Part shown: piece after piece, positions 14,476 to 29,921 of the stretch
Numbering within the stretch: the first letter of the stretch is position 1
Layout of the letters: each line of letters starts with the position of its first letter
Assembly: GCA_964016885.1 (NCBI GenBank)
Contig: OZ024743.1
Coordinates: forward strand, 179,924,001-179,988,000
Length of the DNA stretch: 64,000 nucleotides
From: Eledone cirrhosa
Taxonomy: Eukaryota
Direction of reading: 5' to 3'
The notes under the pieces: generated by a model
What the model saw: only the letters and a program-made list of their open reading frames with translations
The model's database searches: none
What the model was told of the DNA's origin: nothing
Position numbers and translations under genes: made by a program

Positions 14476-14721
14476 GTGGTGGCTGCCAACTCGTTTTCGA
14501 GTACGGCCACTACTTTATATCCATGTAGGAGAAACCCCACCGATGCGCTGAACGAGTGTGACTTCTTAGTCCAGCCAGCGACTTGAAAACTCTGGTACAA
14601 ACACTACACTTTTGACAATTATTGACACATAGTTCTGGGCCCATGGTACCATGTGACGACAAGTGCAGAGAGATCTCCAGATATAAAGCAATGCCTGTGC
14701 CGTGAAGCTTTTATAGTGAGC

Positions 14722-14722
<1 letters not shown>
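14476..14722 (-). mobile_element. Truncated copy of the 600 bp RTE-related element
   Basis: Near-identical to 6231-6475. Confidence 0.85.
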
Positions 14723-14752
<30 letters not shown>

Positions 14753-15584
14753 TACATACATACATACATAACAATATCCTTTATAATATTTATTCAAATA
14801 TACATTGAAACACTGAGGATTTATTTCTCTGTTTGGTATTAAACTTTCATTTATTTCTATGTTATTCGTTCATCCATGGCAGGTATGACATAATTGTTTT
14901 GTATCCATCATGAATGACAACTCGTCAAGGTATCTTATTTCTTCATCCGTTCATTCGTTTATAGTTTTAGACTGTTTCTTCTTTCCTTTATAATTTAATT
15001 ATCTGATTATACACAAGTAAGCAGAAAAAAATAAGCTAATAAAATCCGTCGTAATACACTATTGTAGGAAAACTAGAATATGACAGCGATACAACTAATG
15101 ACATCGTGATATTAAACATATGCCCTCGTTTGGATTTGATTTATGTTTTTTCTCATTGCAAAGTTTGCCTGTTTGATTTCAGAATTGCTGATCAGCAAAA
15201 CAACTAAAAAGAGAAATATTTGAAGCTGCCTTTAGCAGTCTATGCTTAATATAAATAGTTAATTTTGAAAAAGAAAGTTGAAACAACATACCATATGAAT
15301 GGATAATGAACGCGACTTCATTATATCTTTCAATCCTAGATACACAAATAATTCTGGATTGCAAGTACTCTTCATGTACGAGATTTTATTTTTTACAGTG
15401 AAAAATAACTGTCAATGACCTCCTGAAGGATTATGTTATAGAAGAAAATACAATATTGTTGTCCAGTTACACAACTATGCTGTCATGTCAATAATCAATG
15501 GAACAGAACAGAACATATATGGTAACTGCTTGATAAACATCTAGCGTTTTTGATGAGGAATTTCCAATTCAATCGATACTACGG

Positions 15585-15880
15585 GCAGGTGGTTAGAATG
15601 TCTCAGCAAAGAATCGCTGGTGAAATTTTACGGGGCAAAACCAACCGGCAGGAGACCCAGGGGTAGACGCCAAGCAAGAATGTTGGATAACATCCATGAC
15701 CTTGTCTGGTCTCACTTGGGGATCCAGCCGGATCATTTGGAGACGATTGCTTTGCTTCAGACAGAACCCGCTGAAAGGACTGTTTGAAGACTCTGCTCCC
15801 AGCTCACAACCCTCTCAGGAAAAAGTAAGCGAAGAAGACACAGCTCTGTTATTGTTATGCCAAGAAGAAGAAGAAGAAAT
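15585..15880 (+). mobile_element. RTE LINE 3' fragment
   Basis: Translates GQVVRMSQQR..KPTGRRPRGR..DNIHDLVWSHLGI; (GAA)n tail. Confidence 0.7.
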
Positions 15881-16394
15881 AATTAATTCACATCAACATT
15901 GAGATCTGTAAAATTCGGTTATTTTAGGTATACATATGTTATTTCTTGAATGAAATGTCATTCACTTGTCCTAATGACAGGTATCTGACAGAAAAAAAAT
16001 GAAATGTTTAGTATATACTAAGATGTATTCCCCGCGTACAATAGTGACACGACAGATATTCCCATTTCGGCAGAATCTTACATTTATGATGACAAAGCAT
16101 TCGTATATATATATCAATGTTAATTCGCATACATTCGTAAATACTGTCCATACATACAGAGACCCATCACCCAAGAGATATCAACATGAATGGACCTGTT
16201 ATTTTTATCTAAAGACAATTTTTCCAATTCCAGCCCACCCGTTCCTTCAATCTATCTTATTTCTCATTCTTTCTTCTAACTTGAAGAACTAGCGTCCGAA
16301 ACATTAAGACCCTCTTCCTGCTATTTCAAGCGTTAACCTAATATATTCCTTCCATATACTGTACCGACTGTGTTCTTATTTCTGTTTACCTTTT

Positions 16395-16453
<59 letters not shown>

Positions 16454-16454
<1 letters not shown>

Positions 16455-17063
16455 GGTGGCTGCCAACTCGTTTTCGAGTACGGCCACTACTTTATATCCA
16501 TGTAGGAGAACCCCTACCGAAGCGCTGAACGAGTCTGACTTTTTAGTCCAGCCAGCGACTTGAAAACTCTGGTACAAACACTACACTTGTGACCATTATT
16601 GACACATAGTGCAGGGCCCATGGTACCATGTGACGACAAGTGCAGAGAGATCTCCAGATATAAAGCAATGCCTGTGCCGTGAAGCTTTTATAGTGAGCAA
16701 AGGCACTGCACAAAGCCAGTCCCACTCTCTTAACCCAAGATGATATTTACCAAAAAGAAGAACAAGTCAACATCATTGGATACCATCAGGGTTGCAGGTG
16801 TTATATCAGAGTTTTCCTTCTCCTAGAATTCTGCCTTGACAAATGCTAAGGGGTCATCTCTCCCGGTGATTTTGGATGGCCATTGACTCTTAAGAGCTCC
16901 TTTGCCCATTGACAGGTTTTGTTTTTAGTCCTGCAGGATGTCCAAAGTCACCCTCCTCACCAAGAAAACTTGGTGGGGTTGCCAGTTTAGTCGCCAACGA
17001 CCCGACCATGAGACAGGTTGTACTGGGATACATGTTACCAGTAGCACCAACTGGTGACCTGAC

Positions 17064-17064
<1 letters not shown>
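16454..17064 (-). mobile_element. 600 bp RTE-related element, copy 2
   Basis: Near-identical to 6231-6843; (TA)n on both sides. Confidence 0.85.
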
Positions 17065-17147
<83 letters not shown>

Positions 17148-17159
17148 GAACAAAGAATC

Positions 17160-17435
17160 AGTATTGCATAATATACATATTTATTACATATTGTGTATGT
17201 TTCACTGTCGATCAGCTCGAAGAACGATCTATTATAAGCGAACCTGACTCTGGAATCGGCAGCTCCTCAGATATATTTTAATATGGAGGCTCGCGTCTGA
17301 GACTCAGATAAGAGCCTGCATATTAAAACATATCTGAGGAGCTTAGGATTCCAGAGTCAAGTTCGATCATAGTAGATCGTTCCTCGAGCTGATCGACAGT
17401 GAAAAATATGTAATAAATATGTACATGATGCAACA
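17160..17435 (-). ncRNA. Fold-back element with hammerhead (17182-17273, minus); degenerate plus-strand copy at about 17331-17415
   Basis: Minus strand: CTGAGGA GCTGCCGAT..ATCGACAGT GAAAC ATA cacaa TAT GTA ata; arms inverted about 17310. Confidence 0.7.
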
Positions 17436-17563
17436 TTGATCCTTTGGTCCTTATATATTAATACTATTGATACTCTGCTCCCCAAAAGCACCGAGAGTTC
17501 ACCCAGCAGACCGCCTACAGACGCAATTAACTTGCACCTTAAAACACACACACACACACTCAT

Positions 17564-18647
<1,084 letters not shown>

Positions 18648-18698
18648 AAGAAGTGTAAGTCAACAAGGTAAAATTAGTTTCGTTTAGTCATACTCGCG

Positions 18699-18754
18699 AC
18701 TATATATATTTCAGTGATAGCCATAATTGTACAGCTATGACCTCATCAGGCAGT
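18699..18754 (-). ncRNA. Hammerhead ribozyme (weak stem I) in a short TA-flanked element
   Basis: Minus strand: actgc CTGATGA ggtcatagc..gctatcact GAAA tatata..tagt. Confidence 0.6.
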
Positions 18755-18872
18755 AATAACTTGAACAGATAGAAAAAGCAGATAATATTGCAATCGATTT
18801 CACCTTGTTAATTCATTGATATGTTTAGAGAGATCCAGAGTGTGGTGTTAGCCCTCTAAGGAATGAAGGCAT

Positions 18873-18944
<72 letters not shown>

Positions 18945-18947
<3 letters not shown>

Positions 18948-19469
18948 TATGTACACGTACATACATATATGTATACTGACGTACAGTAGTATGTATATAT
19001 ATATATATACATACATGCACACATATATATATGCACGTATGGATTCACCGAATATTTATTACAATGCTCGGTGTGTTTGTAAACACTCGATATACAAATT
19101 GGGCTACTCAGCCGTTAATATGCATAAGGTAAGTATATACGTTCAACAATCTGGCAGGAAGGTATACGTTGCTGACGATAGCTAACAAGCTTGAAACTAG
19201 TACAGCGTTCCTTTGTCAGTGTTGAACAAACGAGCAACGGTGGTTGCTAGACACTACGGCTTAATACGGGATGTTTGTTTACAAACACACCGAGCATCGT
19301 AATAAATATTCGGTGAATCCATACGTGCATATATATATGTGTGCATGTATGTATATATATATACATACTACTGTACGTCGGTATACATATATGTATGTAC
19401 GTGTACATACTTATATTTAAGTAACAGCCGTACTAAGAGTGGGAAATGAAATATCGTTTCATTTTTTCC

Positions 19470-19470
<1 letters not shown>
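18945..19470 (+). mobile_element. Fold-back HHR element; hammerhead at 19167-19207
   Basis: CGTTG-CTGACGA-tAGCT aaca AGCTt-GAAAC TA GTA-CAGCG; 18945-19085 inverted versus 19280-19415; same family at 21600-22400. Confidence 0.82.
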
Positions 19471-19550
<80 letters not shown>

Positions 19551-19611
19551 GAGAGAGAGAGAGAGAAATTATAGAAATTACATGAATCAAAGTTCAGTTT
19601 AAATCATTTAT

Positions 19612-19660
19612 TTGCTTACAATTGTTTCCTCCAAATCGAGGTTTGGATTCTTCGGAGCAA
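19612..19660 (-). ncRNA. Hammerhead-like motif with CCGAAGA core
   Basis: Minus strand: TTGCT-CCGAAGA-atccaaacc tc gatttggag-GAAAC AATT GTA-AGCAA; homolog at 62380-62426. Confidence 0.7.
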
Positions 19661-19784
19661 TTATTTAGTGATTTTTTACATACTTGACCTCCTTTTCAAC
19701 ACAAGAGACATATAGAAACATATGTATATATTGACCCTCTATAAAAGGTTTTATTATATACATAACCATAAATAGTATCCTTTA

Positions 19785-19865
<81 letters not shown>

Positions 19866-20373
19866 CTAGGCCAAGCAAATAGAGAAATAGTTTTTAAATA
19901 ATTTTTAAAATTGTTTACTCTACTTACTATATGTGCCTTTACCGCGGTTTCTGATCCCAGAATAAAGAGATAATCCAAGCTGAGTCCCATTGAGAAAGTG
20001 ATCGTCGTCAGAAGGCTTTTTCTCACTCAGAGAATATAAAATTCCCGAGTTCAAATCACAAACTGGCGCCACACACAATTGTTCCCGAAGGAGAGTGAAT
20101 GAGAGATGAAAACAATTTTGTCTGGTGCCGTGTGCAAAAGCAAAGGATATATATATGTATATTTAACAACAGGAGGTCGGACTGGTTATCAAACCAATAT
20201 TCAACTCCATTCCATCAACATTGGATGAGTTGCGTAACGTAGAATTCTTTTCCTACTATTACATCATGGTTAACTAAACGGAATGACCATTCTATCCAGT
20301 GGTGAGCCACTGAGCATAAATGAATATACATATATATATTATTAATGTTCGACATAACCCATACGTACATATG

Positions 20374-21050
<677 letters not shown>

Positions 21051-21126
21051 ATATATATATATATATATCCCTTCCATATACTGTACCTATTGTCTCGTTA
21101 TTAACTTTTACATACATATATATATA

Positions 21127-21300
21127 TTTACTAAAGAAATTATGGAAAATTATTTAGCCTGATAGTGGGGTTAAGAACCCTCGGAGAAATGGAAAAAGAT
21201 GAGTATTGACGTGTACGTCAATACTCATCTTTTTCCATTTCTCAGAGGGTTCTTAACCCCACTATCAGGTTAATAATTTTCCATAATTTCTTTAGTCAAA
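21127..21300. repeat. ~170 bp near-perfect hairpin
   Basis: actaaagaaattatggaaaatt..gagtattgacgt gt acgtcaatactc..aattttccataatttctttagt. Confidence 0.9.
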
Positions 21301-21362
21301 ATACGGCGATAGCTTACATTTATAATTTCAAACTCGCTCGCTGTTTCGAAAATATTCTTACT

Positions 21363-21408
<46 letters not shown>

Positions 21409-21599
21409 ATAATATATAATATAGTTAGGACATATATCAGGACTAGAATTGATTGCTTCGTAAGAAATCATGAGGAATAACCTGATTTCATAAGAATAAA
21501 AAAGTCCTAGGCCTGTAGAAGCCCGTTTTACATTAACTGTGGTTGCCCCCAATCTGATTCGGGATCCAGACACACGCATGCACACACACACCCACACTT

Positions 21600-22400
21600 A
21601 CACACATGTATATATATGTACATATACATATATATATTTATTTAAATATAAATATGTATACGTACATACATATATGTATACAGACGTATAGTAATATGTA
21701 TATATATACATACATGCACACATATATATATGTACGTATGGATTTTCCGAGCATTTATTATAATGTTCGGTTTGTTTGTAAACAAACATCCCCAATTAAG
21801 CCGTACAGTGTTTAGCAACCATCGTTGCCCTTTTGTTCAACACTGACAAAGGAACGATGTACTAGTCTCAAGCTTATTGGCTATCGTCAGCACCGTATAC
21901 CTTCCTGCCAGATGATTGAACGTCTGAAAGTATATACTTTCCTTATGCATATTAACGGCTGAGCAGCCTAATTTGCATATCGAGTGAGTTAATCGGCCGG
22001 GCGCACCGAAAACGATAAATGGAAAAAATGAAACAAAATTCCATTTCTCACTCTTAGTACGGGTGTTACTTAAATATAAGTATGTATACGTACAAACATA
22101 TATGTATATAGATGTACAGTAGTATGTATATATATACATACATGCACACATATATATATATATATATATATGTACGTATGGATTTACCGAGCATTTATTA
22201 TAATGCTCGGCCGATTAACTCACTCGATATGCAAATTAGGCTGCTCAGCCGTTAATATGCATAAGGAAAGTATATACTTTCAGACGTTCAATCATCTGGC
22301 AGGAAGGTATACGGTGCTGACGATAGCTAATAAGCTTGAAACTAGTACATCGTTCCTTTGTCAGTGTTGAACAAAAGGGCAACGATGGTTGCTAAACATT
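21600..22400. mobile_element. Fold-back HHR element; hammerheads at 21855-21895 (-, GAGA mutant) and 22312-22352 (+)
   Basis: CGGTG-CTGACGA..GAAAC TA GTA-CATCG; 21810-22000 inverted versus 22208-22398. Confidence 0.82.
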
Positions 22401-23078
22401 TTTTCCACATGTATATATTATCTCTTCCTATCACTTCCTTCCACTCCCTATCCTGTTCCTTTTGCTTTTTCCCCTTTCGTCTACCCCGAGCAGCCAATTT
22501 GGGCTTTTTTAGCCTCAGTACACCCACCCCAGTAAATTATTTATAGCATTGGCCGAAAACGCAATACCAACTAATTATTGCAGCTGTTTTAGACCCTAGA
22601 GATTTGTTATTACATTTTACTAGCCAATTCTATAATTTTATAAATTTTTTATTTATTTAGTATCTTCTAATCTCAATTTATTAACCTATTCTATGGCATT
22701 AGCCGGAAACGCAATACCTACTAAATATAGCAGCTGTTTTAGACTATAGAGATTTTTTATTACTTCTTACTATCCAATTTCATATATTTATTTATTTATT
22801 ATCTTCTAATCTCAATTTAATAACCTATTCAATAGGTTCTATAACGTCCCCTCTCTATTTTCGCCAGAATCCTTTTTCGCCTACTTCCTCTGGCCTATTT
22901 TCATACACACTCCTTAGAATTTGCTGTATAGAATTCACTTTCAACGCTTGACCGGCTCCACCTACTCCCTCATTGTTCTACAGGCAAGTTCATCCACCCC
23001 ACCTCCCACCTAGTGCCATGAAAGATTTAATTGTGTTTACAAGAAATGTTGACCAATCTTCTTGACAACTACAATTTT

Positions 23079-23172
23079 CCCCTTGAAAAGTTCGGCTATT
23101 TATTTACCACGCTAAAAATTCTAATTTAGTCCAGAAATAGCCGCCGAAACGGCTTGATCTCTGCCGTCGGGG
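23079..23172 (+). ncRNA. Hammerhead ribozyme, U3-A8 core variant, in PLE family-2 pLTR (to about 23270)
   Basis: CCCC-TTGAAAA-gttCGGCTATTT..AAATAGCCGcc-GAAAC GGC ttgatctct GCC GTC-GGGG. Confidence 0.8.
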
Positions 23173-23265
23173 TCAAACTTTTACCTATTACCCACCCTAC
23201 TACCCTAATTATTGAGTACTCTGGTGCGTTATGGCCCATCTGGTTCCTTACCACACCTCCTTCGT

Positions 23266-23340
<75 letters not shown>

Positions 23341-23349
23341 AAATCTCCC

Positions 23350-23850
23350 TAAAGTAAGTGCACTGATAGTTTTCTATGTATAACACGCTGATGCTGCACC
23401 TCGTTGATCTTTATCGTCGGGTTATTCATGACCTTGGTTGTAAGTACATACCTGTTTTAACATCATCGTTTACGTCAGTCATGAGTTATTGCTGCTTTTA
23501 TACAGACGTGTTTGTAACTCTTGTTAGATTTGTAATGCAAGAAAATATAAACCAAACAGTACGTCATTAAATTCTGTGTGAAACGCAACAAATTTGCCAC
23601 CGAAATATTTTATTCTTTAACATCAGCTTATTGAGATACCACTCTATTATGAAGTAAGATTTTAAGTGATACAATGCTTTCAAAGATGGCCGGGAAATTT
23701 CGAAGACAATGCTTCTTCTAGAAGGTCATTCTCGTTAACAAACGAACAAGATGTGGAAGTGATGCGTGCGTTGACGGTGAAAGATCGCCGATTAAGAGTT
23801 ATCATAGTTGCAGAAGAAAGGGGCTTGGATATAAACGCTGTCCATAGTTC
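23350..23850 (+). pseudogene. Mariner transposase N-terminal relic
   Basis: Frameshifted QYVIKFCVKRNKFATEIF..AFKDGRE..EDN..VKDRRL, the mariner HTH region. Confidence 0.7.
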
Positions 23851-24735
23851 GTCGATTTCACCAACCCTTCACCGCGTTTATTCTCTCCACTCGCTTATTA
23901 AATTTTGCTAATCTATCTCCGTCGAAATTTCAATTTAAGTGTTAGCCCTCCTGTAACAATCAATTTTTTTAGACATTAAAATGCATGATACATGACAAGA
24001 AAAGTACATTACTAAAAATCACATACGTTTTAAAATAAATAGGATGAGTTGAGGTCTCAATATGTAAACTAAACGACTTATTCTGGTTTTTAATAAAAAT
24101 CAACGGAGACAACCTTGAAATATTACTTATTTCCCAAACCTCTCCCTCTCCCACTTATTACACCTCCCCTATTATTTGGGACCCGAAAGTAAGTGTCCAT
24201 CCTAATTAAACCACAACATTTTTCCAAAGGAATGCAATAAATATTTAATAAAAATAGTTTTGATTTTGTTGCTGCAATATAAGATTGGTGGGACACTTTT
24301 AACTTCCAGATGCTAATCTTAAGAAATGAAAGATACCACATCTATATGAATGTATTAGCTAAAGAAGAAACAGGCAACACACGACGCTCAACGATTAAAC
24401 ACTCGTAAATTATTAAACTCACCTGTTTATAAAACAATACAGGAATCAATATATCAAAATAGAATTATGATTTGCCTGGCACTGCTGCTACATAATACGT
24501 GGCCATAACACTTGAAGCTTGGCAACCATTGTGAATCATTTTTCTCATCTCTTACTGCAACAATCATCATTATTGATACTTAGGTCAGATATAAACTTAA
24601 GATTGAATTGACATTGAACATTGTAAGCTAGGTCATACCTCTAATTATTGCTTTTTCTGTCTCTCTCTACGCGCCCACACATCTGCACACACGCACACAC
24701 ACACGCACACACACACACGCACACGCACACGCACA

Positions 24736-24793
<58 letters not shown>

Positions 24794-24927
24794 AAACATA
24801 TATATATATATATATATATATATCCAAATATTCGATGTCCGTGAGTAATCCTCTGACTGGACAGGATGATGAATGAAATGGAGCAGTTACAGTAGGTAAA
24901 TACAGTAGGTTGAAAATATATACACAT

Positions 24928-25080
<153 letters not shown>

Positions 25081-25116
25081 CACACACACACACACACATA
25101 TATGTATATACATATG

Positions 25117-25196
<80 letters not shown>

Positions 25197-25198
25197 TG

Positions 25199-25230
<32 letters not shown>

Positions 25231-25234
25231 CGAT

Positions 25235-25415
25235 ATATTAACAAATGGAAACTATATTTATAAAACCGTATTTATTTCATTATACATATTTCGAGGACAC
25301 CACGTTAAATTATGGTGTGCTTTCATCAGATAAAATATAATAGGTGTCCTTGAAATATGTATAATGAAATAAATATGATTTTATAAATATAGTTTCCATT
25401 TGTTAATATATTGTA
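25235..25415 (-). ncRNA. Fold-back element with hammerhead (25275-25335, minus)
   Basis: Minus strand: TTTTAT-CTGATGA-aagcacacca..tggtgtcctc-GAAA tatgta TA-ATGAAA; same family as 58171-58526. Confidence 0.72.
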
Positions 25416-25579
25416 TTTTTACTCCAATAATTTGTTGAGTGCTTTATATCAGTTATAAAAATATTTGCTTGTTGTATCCCAACAATTTAAATAGAACTTC
25501 TACATATATATATATATATATGTATTTTTTACATGCAGGAACACATACTTTTATTATATATATATATATATATATATAT

Positions 25580-26550
25580 AAATGTAATCTGAGTTTTTTT
25601 AATATTAATAATAACATTCGATTCGTTTGCAATTATGCAAACAAGCCTCAATTTTATAGCCATGTCAGTAGAATGAACCCTTCATTCTTACTCTTGTGTT
25701 GGCATGTGAACAGAACTGCAGACACTAATGTTTCTGGGTATCACCCTTCATCAGTACAGCTCACTGTTCACCTGCCAAACTGTCGGAGCTAGTCTGCTAA
25801 TATGCATATCAGGCCGATCAGTCACTGTGTATTTTTGAAAATAACATATATTTTCTCTAGCTCTGACAGTTTGGCAGGTGAACAGTGAGCTTTACTGATG
25901 CAGGGTGATACCCAGGAGCATTAGTGACTGCAGTTCTGTTCACATGCCAACACAAGAGCAAGAATGTAAAGTTCATTCTACTGATATGGCTATAAAATTG
26001 AGGCTTGTTTGCATAATTGTAAACGAATAGAATGTTATTATTAATATTCGAAAAACTCACATTACATTTATTGTATTTAGCCATGTAGAGCGAAGATTTT
26101 CTTTTATATTTGAATTTGGCAAAGTCGGCCAATTATCGCTCTTATACAGGAAACTGACTGACCGGTCTGCTGATCTCCAAATCTGGCTGATCAGTGGATC
26201 TGCTAATATGCAGATCTCACTGATCAGCCAGTCTGCTAAGATGCAAATCACGCCGACCAGTCACTGTATATTTTAGAAAATAGCATATATTTTCACTAGC
26301 TCTGACAGTTTGGCAGGTGAACAGTGAGTTGTATTGATGAAGGGTGATACCCACATACATTAGTGTCTGCAGTCCTGTTCGCAGGCCAAAACAAGAGCAA
26401 GAATGAAGGGTTCATTCTACTGACATGGGTATAAAAATGAGGTTTGTTTGCATAATTGCAAACGAATTGAATGTTATTATTAATATTCGAAAAACTCAGA
26501 TTACATTTATTGCATTGAGCCATGTAGAGAGAAAATTTTCTTTTTATATA
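25580..26550. mobile_element. HHR element: one inverted and two direct copies; intact hammerhead at 25699-25777 (-)
   Basis: Minus strand: GAGCTGTA-CTGATGA-aGGGT gat ACCCa-GAAAC attagt GTC-TGCAGTTC; plus copies near 25885 and 26325 have mutated cores. Confidence 0.85.
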
Positions 26551-26551
26551 T

Positions 26552-27124
26552 ATATATATATATGAATGTATATATAGTGTATTTTGCAATACACTGTATG
26601 CTTAATAAAAAGCATTTTGAAGACCTTATGCTATTGTTTTAGAGTAGTGACAGACTCACTTACTTTAATTTCAGCAAACAGGGGGAGATAAAGCTGACAA
26701 GGCCTTGTTTCTGCATTTATTGATGCTTATCAAAGCCAACTACTCCTCCCGTTTGCTGAGAACCTGGATGTTTTGGTTCTTATAGAATTCTAGTAAATAA
26801 TCAGGAACTGATCATCAGGAACTACTTGACCGGTTGCCGGTCAAGTAGTTCCTGATTATTTACTAGAATTCTATAAGAACCAAAACATCCAGGTTCTCAG
26901 CAAACGGGAGGAGTAGTTGGCTTTGAGAAGCATCAATAAATGCAGAAACAAGGCCTTGTCAGCTTTATCTCCCCCTGTTTGCTGAAATTAAAGTAAGTGA
27001 GTCTGTCACTACTCTAAAACAATAGCATAAGGTCTTCAAAATGCTTTTTATTAAGCATACAGTGTATTGCAAAATACACTATATATACATTCATATATAT
27101 ATAGCTATTTCAGAGCAACAATTC

Positions 27125-27127
<3 letters not shown>
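26552..27127. mobile_element. ~550 bp palindrome with two U3-A8 hammerheads (26692-26737 minus, 26919-26964 plus)
   Basis: GGCT-TTGA(G/T)AA-GCAT caataa ATGCa-GAAAC AAGGCCTT GTC-AGCT; centre ccgg-ttg-ccgg at 26830-26840; family also at 58597-59110. Confidence 0.8.
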
Positions 27128-27702
<575 letters not shown>

Positions 27703-27728
27703 AATATATATTTATATATATATATATT

Positions 27729-27763
<35 letters not shown>

Positions 27764-27778
27764 ATTTATATATATATA

Positions 27779-27817
<39 letters not shown>

Positions 27818-28069
27818 TTCTGAGGTAGGATTTATATCCAGTTAAGAACTCTGTGCTGTATTGATGAAAATATCAAATTGAAGCAAGGTGAAATTTTGTG
27901 GAAGGAAGATAGCGTTGTATACGTGCTTCACTATACGTTTTATTAATATTATCAAACTACGTGATAAAGGAGAAAACTAGATTTTTTAATATAAAGTTTT
28001 TATTTTCCTTAAACTTTTCTAATACTGTTCAAAAATGTATTTAAATTTGTTAGCCTATATTTAAATTAT

Positions 28070-28440
28070 GGTGATGTCAGGCTTCTGCCTGCTACTGGTA
28101 ACATGTAACCCAGTAAAACTTGCTTCATGGGCGAGTGAACGGCAACTAAACCAGCTCACCTACCAGCCTCCTGCCTGGAACCGGAGCAGCACAAAAAACG
28201 AGTGCTGTTAAAAGGGGGGGGGACTCCTTAGAGTCAACGGCTATCCACCCCAACTGTGGGTTAAATAGCTTCCCCCACCTGCAATTGACCAAGTTTGGTG
28301 AGTACGGCTATACCTCTGACATAACCAAAACCAAACAGAATGCGGTGTAGATCAACCAGGGAGGGATTACTGCAAGAGGAGTGAGAAAACTCTGGATTGG
28401 ATTGGACTGAATTTAGAAGCAAAATTCGCCCTATGGAACT
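28070..28440 (+). mobile_element. RTE-like 5' UTR relic
   Basis: Shares GCTACTGGTAACATGTAnCCCAGTA..TCATGG..GGCrACTAAAC and TCyTwAGAGTCAAyGGCyATCCA with the 600 bp family. Confidence 0.6.
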
Positions 28441-29374
28441 TCATTGTGATAAACCCTTTCCAAATACATATTCAATATTTGTAGATATTTACGATTTCAG
28501 ATATTACTTGAATTGATACTGAGACGTGTTTTTAAATCTTTAATGTATGCAGGGATAATGTGCTTAAAACCTGGCTGCTATCACTAACAGGTCAAGCCAC
28601 CATAAAATCATTCCTTTGTTGGCTCACTACAATTGCTGTAACAGCTGCGTTATGGTTATATATATCACAATAACACATAGGGAAGAAAGGAATGAAAAGG
28701 AAGCGGTGAAGAAGCGAGTGGAAAATATAGTTTTGTTAAAAGGGAAGAAACATCGTCTTGAAAGGGAGAAAGATGAAATTTTATAATTGAAATAAATTCA
28801 CATGGAATGAGAAAATGCAATGAGGCAACAAAGAACAGTTATAGTAGATTACTTTACATAATTTACATAGACAAAATTGCCAGATAAGAGATAGGGATAC
28901 AGAAGTAGAGGAGAACTATTGTATATAAATGATGGAAGAAAGATACGCAAAATCAGACAAAATTAGTTATATTAACGTTACGTTTATTTCTTAAAAGTAA
29001 CATCTCTTATAATATAATTCCAAGATTCTATAAGAAAGATTGCATCAATATCCTGGCTGCAGGTGTGTAGAGTGTCATATTGACGTAATATTAAAGTATA
29101 AATGAAAAACAGTGATAATAGTGTTTCTGCTTTGGAATGATTATATTGAATTGTCTGGGATATAATTATTAAATAGGATTACCTTTCTAGCAGGCTTCTC
29201 GTAATAGTACACACAAAATAAAGAATACTTAATACATTTAGTAAAGTAAATATATTCTATTTAAGGTTGCCTACATTTTCATTGCTTTCACAATGATCGT
29301 CATGAAGAAATCAGCACATGATATATATTTTCTAAGCTAACAATATTATTTATATTATTCAGTAACATAAGCGA

Positions 29375-29530
29375 TCTATAGGCAAGAGTTAATACGAATA
29401 CCGAATTGAAGATAGCGACTTTGGCTTTACACCTTCTTCTGATTAACGAATGCTGAAACTGGCACATTACTGCACCAGCTCCTGCAATCCTTGCACTTAA
29501 CTCAGTATCTTGTCTTAGTATTGCCATCAC
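29375..29530 (-). mobile_element. RTE RT fragment
   Basis: ELSARIAGAGAVM..AKVAIFNSVFVLTLAY resembles the RTE post-RT7 region. Confidence 0.6.
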
Positions 29531-29921
29531 CAGTTAAAATTATATTAAGACATATGGCTAATGCATTCTTATCTGTAGCTACGTCTGCCTTAATGAATGA
29601 GAAAAACACATTATTTCCCCAGTATGGGAATAATTTTCATCATAGATATCAGCTAAGCAGCAATATAAGAATATCAGCGATAATGCTTTCTGATTTAGAC
29701 ACAAGGACAACAATTTATTTTTTTGGCGAGGGGAAAGTTGAATAAAATTACCCCAGTTAGTTACTGGTACTTTATTCTATCGACCACGTAAGGATGAAAA
29801 GTAAAGCTAACCTCGACGGGATTTGAAAGCAGAACGTAAAGGGACATAACTCTATGGCGCCGTGCATGGTGTCCGGCGCTCTAATGATACTGACAATCTA
29901 CCGCCCTCAGAATATTAGTAA

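Noticed and set aside
24125-24192. Possible DNA transposon TIR
   Set aside because: No partner TIR found in the window
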